Positions 11,640-21,958 of a stretch of DNA of 64,000 nt are shown here, piece by piece. The DNA lies in contig CM091797.1 of NCBI GenBank assembly GCA_043290085.1, forward strand, positions 22,238,880 through 22,302,879, in the 5' to 3' direction. A program made the translations under genes and the position numbers. Below the pieces are notes generated by a model. It was not told the origin of the DNA, searched no databases, and saw only the letters and a list, made by a program, of their open reading frames with translations. Every line of letters begins with the position of its first letter. Position 1 is the stretch's first letter. The DNA is from Rhynchocyon petersi. Lineage: Eukaryota.

Positions 11640-11880
11640 TTGTTATAACCAAGCTAGTCGGCCTACCAGTAATGGTACCATCGAATGGTGGCCGACTCAA
11701 AGCTGACCCTCCTGTTAGTTTCTGGAGGCAGTGAATCTCATGGGAGTTGATGCCACTCTTTCTCCTGTAGAGCAGCTGGTGGATTTGAACAGCTTGCTTT
11801 TGGGCTGGCAGCACAGCTTGCTACCACAAGGCCATGCTGGAAACTCAATAGAGGGTTGATGAATCAGAACGAGTTTGGAG
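11640..11880 (-). mobile_element. tRNA-derived SINE (AfroSINE-like)
   Basis: Reverse-complement SINE tail 'ccatcgaatggtggccgactcaaagctgaccc' and head '…ctaccacaaggccatgctgg'. Confidence 0.6.
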
Positions 11881-12572
11881 GGTTTTTTTGGTTCAAACAA
11901 GTAAGTCTACCAGTAATGATGAATAATGATCTACTTAGCAAGAGAAATGGTTAAGTGAAAAGCAAGTATAGAAGATCGTGCACAGTACGCTGCTCCTTGT
12001 GTTTAAAAGTGTTTGCATGTGTTTGGTCTGTGCTGGGGATTCCCCTAGAAGGACACATGAGGGACAGGCTACAGGAAGGTGCTGTGGAGAATGGAACTGG
12101 GAACAACGTTGGGAGAGACCTTTGTATATTATTGTCACCTTAATTTTTAAATAGTGTAAAATGTGCATGTATTAGTTATTTAAAAATAAATTAATAAAAT
12201 GACAACAAAACAAATTAAAATAAAGAAATAAGTGACACTCTTTGAACTTCCCTTTCCGCTCCTAAGGGAATAATGGAATAACACAAAGAAGGATGTTTGA
12301 GGGTGCTCATCACTGCACTGTTTATCAAAAATGTGGAAACAACTTCTAGGGTGGCTGATCAATTAGGGTACAGCCATGCTAAAAACTCATGATGGTTTAA
12401 ACTTTCCATGTCACTAGGAATGATATTATTTATGAAAGTTTTAGCCATCTGAGGAAAATGAATGCCAGTTGATTGCAAACAAGGCTTTTGAAGGGTGACG
12501 TTTACAGTGACACATCATTGTTTGAAACGTGTTCGTTGCCAATGTACATGGATTGCTTCTTCTCATTTGCAG

Positions 12573-12774
12573 TGTACACACGTTGTCTTAGACAATGCGG
12601 GTGTTCTGAGTCAGTATCAAATGAAGTCTATCCAAGAGAAACATATCCCTATTGTAAGCCCAGATTTTATATGGGACTCTGTCAAGGAAAGAAGACTTTT
12701 GGATGCAGAGCATTACAGTCCTAAAAAGTCACTGGATCTCACAACACTGTCTGGTCAAAAGGAAAGCTGTTCTG
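12573..12774 (+). CDS. PARP4: PARP4 exon (BRCT domain): CTHVVLDNAGVLSQYQMKSIQEKHIPIVSPDFIWDSVKERRLLDAEHYSPKKSLDLTTLSGQKESCS, ending in phase 1
   Basis: Acceptor 'ctcatttgcag|tgt' and donor 'ctg|gtaagt'. Continuous with the previous exon in phase 0 and collinear with human PARP4 residues ~45-111. Confidence 0.85.
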
Positions 12775-12780
12775 GTAAGT

Positions 12781-12840
12781 GGTGGTGGTGGTGTGTACCG
12801 TCGAGTCGTGAACGACGCATAGTGACCCTCCCGAGGGTTT
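12781..12840 (-). mobile_element. Truncated SINE 3'-tail fragment ((tgg)n plus 'gtaccgtcgagtcgtgaacgacgcatagtgaccctcccgagggttt') inserted at the exon donor site and flanked by a 9-bp direct repeat 'gtaagtggt'
   Basis: The sequence matches the minus-orientation tail of full SINE copies, for example the one at 32276-32340. 'gtaagtggt' appears at 12775-12783 and again at 12842-12850. Confidence 0.75.
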
Positions 12841-13510
12841 CGTAAGTGGTAGTTTCCTATAAACAGTTAATTTATCACGAGTGACCTGTGGGAAAATCAA
12901 ACTTGACCTCTCACACCAAATTGTAAGCATCAGTTCAACTTTGTGTCCCTTCTGTTCTGATTGCTGCTACACAATCACGTCTTCTTCCTCTGACTTTAAC
13001 CACCTGGGCTGGGTCACACCTCGCAAGTTGTAGAGCACAGTCCTCCAGGTCAGTCCAAGACCCAGGAAGTCAAGTGTCTCTGAGGCCTCCAGACCACACC
13101 TAAGGATCTATGATTCATGTTGGGTGGGGCCTGACTATGCCAAAAAGACTTACTGTGTGACATCAATCTCATGATGTCAACTGACTTCAGGACATGGGCT
13201 GGAATTTCTGTTACTTTGAGATTATTGATAAATGGTTGGGACCCATAATTCCAAGAGCTTTGTGGCTGCACATGGGCTCTTGGGAAGCATGCCCCTTCCC
13301 TTTCACCCTCTGTGTTTCTTTACGTGTGTGCTTTTTACTGTAACAAACCTGTAGCTTTAACAAACCTGTAACTTTCCCAAGTTCTTCTGTGAATCATTCT
13401 TAGCAAATTACAGAAACCAAGGAAGTAGTAGGAGCCAGAAGGTCAGAGGTCAGGAGTAGTATGTCCGGGGACCCTTCAGGTATAGTAAAAAAATCCTGAA
13501 TTTGTAGTTA

Positions 13511-13680
13511 GTGTGGCCTAGTGGTAAAGGAGCTACACTGCCAACCCAAAGGCACGTGGTTCGAACCTGCCAGCTGCTCTGCGGGAGAAAGAGTGGCTTC
13601 AACTCCCGTGTGAGATACTGCTTCCGGAAACCCTTGGGAGGGTCACGATGAGTCAGTCACGACTCAACGGTACCCCCCCC
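13511..13680 (+). mobile_element. tRNA-derived SINE (AfroSINE-like)
   Basis: 'gtggcctagtggtaaaggagctacactgccaacccaaaggcacgtggttcgaacctgccagctgctc…gggtcacgatgagtcagtcacgactcaacggtacc'. Confidence 0.85.
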
Positions 13681-14796
13681 ATGGCAAAAGTGAGGGTGCC
13701 CTTTCAAGTATGGAATTCAACCCACATTTGGGATCACCTTTCAATCAAGCAGTGGTCAGACCTATAACGTCGATAATAACTATTTGAGGAACACGCTCCT
13801 CATAAAAATAATCCGAGTGAGATGAAAAGGGAGCATGTACCAATAACAAAGGCTGGAAGACAGGAAAGATGTACAAACAGAAACAGGGAGCCCAGGAAGT
13901 GGGAAGAGTGTGTTACAAAGTTTTAGCGCTTACCTCTCAAGAAGCAAGAACGAAGCCCAGATTCTATGTGTAAAACTAACCCCACAAAGTACTGTATGTA
14001 GCAAGCATTTTTGGTTTGTTGCAATTATGTTAAAATGAAAGATGGCCCATAAATCTACAAAATTAACCAGGCTTCTTGTTACCTCAGAAAACAGCAAAAA
14101 TAGTAAAGGGCAAAAAGCTGTGTTAGTAATACAAGTGGCTTCCTCAGTCTCTCATCGAGCATCACCTGTCTCAGAGCAACCCTGGTCTCAGAAACCTTGA
14201 TTTATCACTCTAACTGGAGTGGAGGAACCCTTTGTTTTAAAAAATTGTTAGCACAGCTTGATGACTGTGGAGCTTCACAACTAACATTGTACAGAGAAGT
14301 TGTTCTCAAAAACAGCATATCTCTTTTTAAAATTTCATTTTACTTTTAAATCAGCCAAGAAGAAGGGTTTCTGGTGCATCCCTCATAATAGGCTCAAACA
14401 TCAAGCAGTTCTAATAAACATCCATTTATAGGAGACAGATAAACACTCTGGTATGGTGAAACCCTGTTAGCCCAACACTGTCCAGAAATGATGCTGTTCT
14501 CACCATCCTGTCTCGTTGTCTTTTTGCTAACAGCAATGCAGAGAACACTAGACTTCTTTTTCATTGAAAACATCATTTTCCTCATTCAGAACCATGCAAT
14601 CCGATTTGAAATGACTACATATACACTGAGATGGTGTAATTCAGAAGCCATGCATTTAAAGAGTTACTCCTACATACCATAATGTATTAATACATTTACA
14701 TAACTGACTCATAGCAACCATCCATCAGGTGTCCAGAGCTGGAAATCTTTCTTGAAGACTGCCCATTTTTGGTCTTACAGAGCAGCTGATGATGAT

Positions 14797-14985
14797 GATG
14801 ATGCGTACCATCAAGTTATGGCCAACTCATAGCTGACCGACTCTCCTTTGGGTTTCAGGAGGCAGTATAGCACATGGGAGTTGACACCACTCTTTCTCCC
14901 TCGGAGCAGCTGGCAGATTAGAACCATGTGCCTTTGGGTTGGCATCGCAGCTCCTTACCACTAGGCCACGCCAACAGCAGAAGTT
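14797..14985 (-). mobile_element. tRNA-derived SINE, minus orientation
   Basis: '(gat)n gcgtaccatcaagttatggccaactcatagctgacc…ccactaggccacgcc'. Confidence 0.8.
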
Positions 14986-15023
14986 AGTGGATTTAAAGTA
15001 CTGCTCTTTTAGTTAGCAGCTGG

Positions 15024-15185
15024 TATGGCCTAGTGGTGAAAGAGCTGCGCTGCAAGCCCAAAGGCACGTGGTTCAAACCTGCCAGCTGCCCCGTGGGAGA
15101 AAGAGTGGTTTCTACTTCCGTGTGAGATACCGCCTCCGGAAACCCTCGGGAGGGTCACTATGAGTCGTTAACGACTCGATGGTAC
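15024..15185 (+). mobile_element. tRNA-derived SINE, plus orientation. It forms an inverted pair with the preceding copy, ~38 bp apart.
   Basis: 'gcagctggtatggcctagtggtgaaagagctgcgctgcaagcccaaaggcacgtggttcaaacctgcc…gggtcactatgagtcgttaacgactcgatggtacacc'. Confidence 0.85.
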
Positions 15186-15230
15186 ACCACACACACACAC
15201 ACTATGAGTCGTTCACGACTCGATGGTACA

Positions 15231-15274
<44 letters not shown>

Positions 15275-15283
15275 TTAGTTAGC
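15185..15283. repeat. (CA)n microsatellite, ~25 units, with a small duplication of the SINE tail ('ctatgagtcgttcacgactcgatggtacacc') embedded in it
   Basis: Direct reading: 'cacacacacacactatgagtcgttcacgactcgatggtacaccacacacacacacacacacacacacacacacacacac'. Confidence 0.9.
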
Positions 15284-16395
15284 AGTTCCACCACCAGGGC
15301 TTCATGATTCTGAAGAAAAGAAAACAGAATATCCAGCCTCAAGTAGGAGCCCTTGCAATTCCTCTCTCTAAAATCAGAACATGCAGGTCCCTTCTTTATG
15401 ACTCGGTGCTGGGAACCTCGTTCTGACCCTGTAGTGCACACACTGCATTTTATACTATTCACGGAAGGAAAGTGATAGTCAAATACATTTACATCTATCA
15501 GTGAATTCCAAACAATGTCAAGGACATTGGAATTTCCATTATGATGCCTATTTGAATACCATGTTCTTTCCACCTTACATACCTTCCTTTTTTTCTCACT
15601 TGTATTTCCTTTGGATGCCCAAGAACTGAAAGTTATTTTCAGAAGGACCTAGTCCTTGGAGGGAGAGACATAATGCTGGGGAAGGTAGAGGGTCAGTGGA
15701 AGAGAGTAAGACCCTCAATGAGATGAACTGACACAGTGACCATGGCGATGGGCTTGAGCATGACAGAGATTAGAGGAGGGTGGGGGATAAGGCAAGGTTC
15801 AGAACTGTGCACAGGGTTGCTCTGAGTCATAGTTGACTCGACAGCACCTAGCAGCACCAACATAACTAATTTGAGGAGCTTTAGGGATGCAGGTCACGGT
15901 AAGTTGTGCTGCTAGCTGAAATGTTAGGGATTCGAATCCGCCAGCCACTCCAAAGGAGATGGCCTGTCTCCTCCAGTAAATATTCCCAGCCTCAGAAACC
16001 TGGCGTGGGGTGGTGTCTATGCATCAGAATCAACCTCATGGCAGTGAATTTTATAAAAAAATTTTAGAACTCATTTAAGGTGGCTTGAGGGCACAATGGT
16101 TAAATGCTCAGCTGCTAACTGAAAGTTGGGTGGTTTGGACCCAAACAGCGTTCAAGGCAGAAAGAGCCAGCAACCTGAAAACCCTAAGGAGCAGTTCTAC
16201 ACTGCACTATGGGCTCACTGTGAGTCAAAATAGACTCCAGAGCACCTAACAACAACAATATAGCTAAAGGGCATCCGCGTGCACTCACGCTCAATATGGT
16301 CCATGCTAAGAATCTTTAACAATGCTGGCAGTTAACTTACTAGCTAAAGGAAATCGTTGATTGGTAAACAAGTGTTTTCTTTCTTTTCCTTCTAG

Positions 16396-16459
16396 AAGTG
16401 GAGACAGATGAGCTACCCCTGGACAATGCCACAGAGGAGAACACTGTGGAATTCACTAA
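16396..16459 (+). CDS. PARP4: PARP4 exon: (E)VETDELPLDNATEENTVEFT, phase 1 start and phase 2 end
   Basis: Acceptor 'ttccttctag|aag' and donor 'cactaa|gtaatc'. Phase is consistent with the neighbouring exons. Corresponds to human …EVKTEGLCPDSATEEEDTVELTEF…. Confidence 0.7.
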
Positions 16460-16977
16460 GTAATCTATTTCTGATTGTTACGCAGAGTTTGCAAATTTGT
16501 TCAAAACCTCAAGCATGGTATTAAATAGTCTGTCCATCATAGGCTTTTTCCCCCAGAGTTTTAATTTTTTCTAAGTGTTATGTAATGAGATATTGAATTT
16601 TGTCTCATTCTCTTTCCTGGTGCTTTTATTTCTTTTGCTTATCTAATTCTTTATGAAAATTTTAAAGACCTTTTACTTCAATGATTAAGTCCATTAAATG
16701 GTAATTTCATTATTATTAAATCTGGCTTGGAGGAAGTGCAACCAGAGTGCTCCTTAGAGACAAGGATGGTGAGACATCATCTCACATACCTTGAGCATAT
16801 TATCAGGAGGCACCAGGCCTTGGGAAAAGACATCATGCTTGGAAAGGTCAAGTGTCAGTAAGAGATAGGAGGACCAACAGGATAGATTGACACCGTGACT
16901 GCCACAATGGGCTAGTTCATGACAGGGATGGTGGGGACAGGGTAAGGTTTCAACCAAAGGTTAATAGGATCTCTGGG

Positions 16978-17165
16978 CAGCTGGTATGGCCTAGTGGTGA
17001 AAGAGCTTCACTGCAAGCCCAAAGGCATGCGGTTCAAACCTGCCAGCTGCTACGCGGGAGAAAGAGTGGTTTCTACTTCCGTGTGAGATACTACCTACCT
17101 CGGGAAACCCTCGGGAGGGTCACTATGAGTCGTTCACAACTCGACAGTACCCCACCACCACCACC
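16978..17165 (+). mobile_element. tRNA-derived SINE
   Basis: 'gcagctggtatggcctagtggtgaaagagcttcactgcaagcccaaaggcatgcggttcaaacctgccagctgct…gggtcactatgagtcgttcacaactcgacagtacc'. Confidence 0.85.
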
Positions 17166-17800
17166 ATGGAAGAGAAGATTGAAAATGTCAGGGATTTCAT
17201 ATTGCTTGGATCCACAGTCAACACCCTTGGCACTAGCAGCCAAGAGGTCAGGAGACGTATCACACTGGCAAAGGCTACAGTTAGAGACCTCGCCAAGGTC
17301 CTGAGGAGTAAGGACATCAGTTTGAAGACAAAGGTACATCTGATCCAAACTATGGTCTTCTCAATCGCTACCCATGCATCTGAGAGTTGGACAATGACTA
17401 AGGATGACAGAAGAATTTATGCCTTTGAGCTGTGGTGCTGGAGATGGGTTCTCAATATCCCATGGATGGCCAAGAAAACGAACAAGTATGTTCTGGAGAG
17501 GATCCAACTGGAGTGCTCCCTGGAGGCAAGAGTGATGAAGCTCCGCCTCACATATTTTGGACATGTTGCCAGGAGAGACCAGTCCCTGGAGAAGGACATC
17601 ATGTTTGGAATGGTAGAGGGTAGGAGAGGAAGGGGTAGACCCTCGACTAGATGGATGGACACGGTTACTGCGGTGATGGGCGTGGGTGTGTCGGAGATGG
17701 TGAGGATGGCACAGGATAGGGCGTATTGCAGGTCTGCTGTTCATAGGGTCGCTATGAGTCATCTTCGACTCAATTGCACATAACAACAACAAATGGTTTA
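17166..17800 (+). mobile_element. RTE 3' fragment (RT C-terminus plus tail)
   Basis: ORF 17166-17783 (…TKVHLIQTMVFSIATHASESWTMTKDDRR…ELWCWRWVLNIPWMAKKTNKYVLERIQLECSLEAR…) ending '…aattgcacataacaacaacaa'. Confidence 0.85.
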
Positions 17801-17886
17801 AGGCACGTGGTTCAAATCCGCCAGATGCTCCATTCCCGTGTGAGATACTGCCTCCAGACACCCTCGGGAGGGTCACTATGAGTTGT

Positions 17887-18280
17887 TCATGACTCGACAG
17901 TACCCCACCTCCACCACCGTGGTTGGAGAAGAGTACTCAATATCCTGTGGATGGTCAAGAGGACAAACAGATATGTCCTGGAGTTCAGCAGGAATGCTCC
18001 TTGGAGGCAAGGATGGTGAAGCTTCATCTCACATATTTTGGACATGTTGTTAGGAGAGGCCAGTCCCTGGAGAGGGACATCATGCTTGCAAAGGTGGAGG
18101 GCCAGAGAGGGAGAGGCAGACCCTCGACTAGATGGATGGACACAGTAACTGCAGCAATGGGCTCGAGTGTTTCGGAGATGATGAGGATGGTGCAGGATAG
18201 GGCAAGTTTCAGATCTGCTGTTCATAGGATCGCTATGAGTCGTTCTCGACTCGATGGCACATAACAACAACAACATGAGT
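17887..18280 (+). mobile_element. RTE 3'-terminal fragment
   Basis: ORF 17923-18264 (…VQQECSLEARMVKLHLTYFGHVVRRGQSLERDIMLAKVEGQRGRGRPSTRWMDTV…) ending '…gatggcacataacaacaacaacatg'. Confidence 0.85.
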
Positions 18281-18626
18281 TACATGCAACTCTCTGGCAC
18301 GTTAACAAACAATAACTTTAATTCCTATAGTATCTTAGTATCGTGTGAGATAGGATGTAATTGTTAGCTAGCTGAATTAAAAAAAAAAAAAATCCCCAGA
18401 GACAATATTTAGGAGGCTGATGGTCTTTGTCAGCCTTACTAAATAATACCCTAATACAGTAAATACATTTACTCACTCTTAGATCTTTTTTTTTTTTTTT
18501 TTTTTTTAAAAGGAAGTAACAACAACTGCCCTCAGTGGGGTATGTGATTCTGAAGTTCTTTGTTTTTAAAAATTTCCTCATTTTCCTGAGCTTACCCTTA
18601 TGAAAATGCCTGTGGTAGGCTATTGG

Positions 18627-18806
18627 GTGGGGGGGGTACCATCGAGTTGTGACTGACTCATAGTGACCCTCCTGAGGGTTTCCAGAAGCAGTATATCACA
18701 CAGGAGTTGAAGCCACTCTTTCTCCTGAGGAACAGCTGGTGGATTCAAACAGCGTGCCTTTGGGTTGGCAGGACAGCTCCTTTACCACTAGGCCACACCA
18801 GCTGTT
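18627..18806 (-). mobile_element. tRNA-derived SINE
   Basis: 'ggtaccatcgagttgtgactgactcatagtgaccctcctgagggtttcc…ccactaggccacaccagctg'. Confidence 0.8.
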
Positions 18807-19134
18807 TTTTAAAAACATACCCCAAATAGAGCAACTGGCATTGCTAACCAGGTCAGTGGTTTGATTTCACCAGCATTCTGTGGGGGAAAGATGGACGACC
18901 TTCTTCCATTAAGATTTAGTCTCAGAAACCTTTTAGAGGGTCACTATGAATTCGAATTGGCTGATGACCGTGGGTAATCAGGCCTCACATCTCAAGCTCA
19001 CATCTGGACTGGCTTTATTTGTGAAAAGCTCACCACTTACTGCCATGGAGGGATTGCCCTTCTTTCTGCCACAGAGTCACTGGTGGATTCGAATTGTCAG
19101 AGAGGCTCAGCCCTTGTATTAGCAGCATCAATTT

Positions 19135-21245
19135 GCTGTGGGCTATGATACAGACTATCAACTACTCCTGTGTAAATTCAAACTAAAACCAAAGAAAACC
19201 AAAATAGTTCCACAACAACCAAAATATGACCTCCAGGATATACCACTAGAGTTCAAAGACCACCTCAGGAATAGGTTTGAGGCACTGATCAACATTGAAC
19301 AAAGACCAGAGTTGCTGTGGGAGGACATCAAGGAGGTCATCCATGAAGGAAGCAAAAGTTCATTGCAAAGACAGCGAAGGAAAAGGAAACCAAAATTGAT
19401 GTCAAAGGAAACTCTGAAAATTGCAATGGAGTGACGAGAGGCCAAGGCAAAAGGAAGACAAGAAGATGCAAGAGTTCTGAATGGAAGATTTCAAAGGGCC
19501 ACTCGTGAAGACAAAGCAAGATAATATAATGAAATGTGCAAAGAACTGGAGCTGGAGAACAAAAAAGGAAGAACCCACTCAGTATTTCTCAAGCTGAAGG
19601 AGCTGAAGAACAGATTCAAGCCTCGAGTAGCACTACTAAAAGATATTTCTTGCAGGATATTGAATGACCCAAAGACCATCAAGAGAAGATGGAGGGAATA
19701 TACAGAGTCACTGTACCAAAAGGATTTGAATGACACAGAAGTATTTCAGGAAGTAGACTATGTGCAAGAACCTACAGTAATGAGGGAGGAAGTCAAAGCA
19801 GCACTGAAGGCATTGGCAAATAACAAGGACCCTGGAATTGATGGCATACCTATAGACCTGTTTCAGCAAATTGATACAGCCCTGGATGTGCTCACCAAGT
19901 TGTGCCAAGAAATCTGGAGGACAACCACCTGGCCAACTGATTGGAAAAGATCCATATTTGTCCTGTTCCCTAAAAAGGGAGATCCCAAAGAATGTGGAAA
20001 TTACTGAACAATATCACTGATATCACATGCAAGCAAAATTCTGTTGAGGGTCATCCAAAAACGATTGCAGCAGTACTTTGAGAGAGAACTGCCTGGATGT
20101 CAGGCTGGTTTTAGAAGGGGCCAGGGTACTAGGGACATCATTGCAGATGTTAAATGGATCCTGGCTCAAAGTAAAGAGTACCAGTAGAATGTGTAACTGT
20201 GCTTCATTGACTATGCAAAGGCATTTGATTGTGTGGATCACAACAAACTATGTCTCACATCAAGGAAAATGGGAATTCCAGAACGACTGTGCTCATGCAA
20301 AATCTATACCTAGATCAAGAATCTATGGTAAGAACAGAACATGGGAACACTGCATGGCTCAAGGTCAGGAAAGTGTGTGCCAGGGTTGTATCCTGTCCCC
20401 ATACCCATTCAATCTGTATGCAGAGCAGATTGTATGGGCAGCAGGACTCTACGAGGATGAGTATGACATTAGGATTGGAGGAAGATGCATCAACAACTTG
20501 GGATATGCAGATGGCACAACCTTGCTTGCTGCAAGTGAGGAAGACTTGAAGACTCTGCTGCATAAAATTAAGGAATGCAGTCTGCAATATGGATTGAAGC
20601 TGAATCTCAGGAAAACCAAGATCCTTGCCACTGGGCCAATAGGGAATATAATAATCAATGGAGAGAAAATTGAAAACTGTCAATGATTTTATATTGCTTG
20701 TATCCACAGTCAATAGCCTTGGCACTATCAGTCAAGAGGTCAGGAGATGTATCACATTGGCAAAGGCTGCAGTTAGAGATCTCGCCAAGGTCCTGAAGAG
20801 TAAGGACTTCAGTCTGAAGACAAAGGTACATCTGATCCAAACTATGGTCTTCTCAATCTCTACCCACACATCTGAAAGTTGGACAATGACTAAAGACGAC
20901 AGAAGAAGAATTGATGCCTTTGAACTGTGGTGTTGGAGGAGAGTTCTCAATATCCCATGGATGGCCAAGAAAAAGAACAAGTATGACTGGAAAGGATTCA
21001 ACCAGAGTGCTCCCTGGAGGCAAGCATGGTGAAGCTCCACCTCACATATTTTGGGCATGTTGCTAGGAGAGACCAGACCCTAGAGAGGGACATCATGTTT
21101 GGAAAGGTGGAGGGTAGGAGAGGAACGGGTAGACCCTCGACTAGATGGATGGACATAGTTACTGCTGTGATGGGCGTGAGTGTGTCGGAGATGGTGAGGA
21201 TGGCACAGGATAGGGCGCATTTCAGGACAGCTACCAACTCATAAC
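19135..21245 (+). mobile_element. RTE retrotransposon copy, ~2.1 kb (EN C-terminus, linker, RT, 3' region), with several frameshifts and stops
   Basis: A series of collinear plus-strand ORFs: 19138-19434 (…DYQLLLCKFKLKPKKTKIVP…), 19534-20007 (…DGIPIDLFQQ…TWPTDWKRSIF…PKKGDPKECGNY), 20078-20686 (RT core) and 20658-21244 (C-terminus). Confidence 0.85.
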
Positions 21246-21400
21246 TGACCCTCCTGAGGGTTTCCAGAGGCAGTATATCACACATGGGAGTTGATGCCAG
21301 TGTTTCTTCTGCGGAGCAGCTGGCGGATTCAAACCGTGTGCCTTTGCAGTGGCAGTGCAGCTCCTTACCACTAGGCTACGCCAGCTGCTCTCTTTGTTAC
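21240..21400 (-). mobile_element. tRNA-derived SINE abutting the RTE 3' end, followed by a second partial copy to ~21470
   Basis: 'ctcataactgaccctcctgagggtttccagaggcagtatatcacacatgggagttgatgccagtg…ccactaggctacgccagctgctc'. Confidence 0.7.
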
Positions 21401-21891
21401 CGTGTGGTATGTTGTGGGGTACCGTTGAATCGTGACCCTCCCGAGGGTTTCCGGAGGCCGTTGTTACTAGTAGTGTTAAAAATAGAAGAACAAAATCTTT
21501 TCACATGTGAAGAATTATGAGACGTGATCGATTTCTTTTGAAGGAAGTTTTGGCTGTGCTCTAATGAGTAATGGTGGCTTGTCTATAGCTACGTGTGTGT
21601 CTAGACTGTACATGCAAAATTTTCCTGTGTGTTGCTCCCTCCAGGATGGCCCAGGGCTTTTGTATCTCTGCGTCTACCCCATGCAGTCCCTCTGTCCAGG
21701 GCACACAGTCACAGAGCTCTAGAATCCTGGGGAAAAAAGGCTTCTCATTTCTTTGCTAGAGTACCTAACAGTTTGGCATTAGGCAAAGACATACAGTGTA
21801 TTTTGTAAGGAGTTAGATCTATAGGAAAGAAATTTGTGAAAATTCTGTTTTGTTTAAGAATCCACATTAACTGTAATATTTTAAATTTCAG

Positions 21892-21958
21892 GTTTTATAC
21901 CGAAAATGTTGAAATTCCTCAAGAATTTGAAGTTGCAAAATATAACACCCTGGAAAAA
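21892..21958 (+). CDS. PARP4: PARP4 exon: (K)FYTENVEIPQEFEVAKYNTLEK, phase 2 start and phase 0 end
   Basis: Acceptor 'ttaaatttcag|gtt' and donor 'gaaaaa|gtaagt'. Matches human …VEIPHLPQDFEVAKYNTLEK…. Confidence 0.8.

Noticed and set aside
13511-13680. tRNA genes, suggested by tRNA-like 'ggcctagtggtaag…ggttcgaa(t)c' heads throughout the window
   Set aside because: Each is the 5' head of a ~180-bp SINE with an RTE-derived tail. The A/B boxes are degenerate, there is no acceptor stem pairing or CCA context, and the copy number is in the dozens. These are SINE retropseudogenes of a tRNA, not functional tRNAs.
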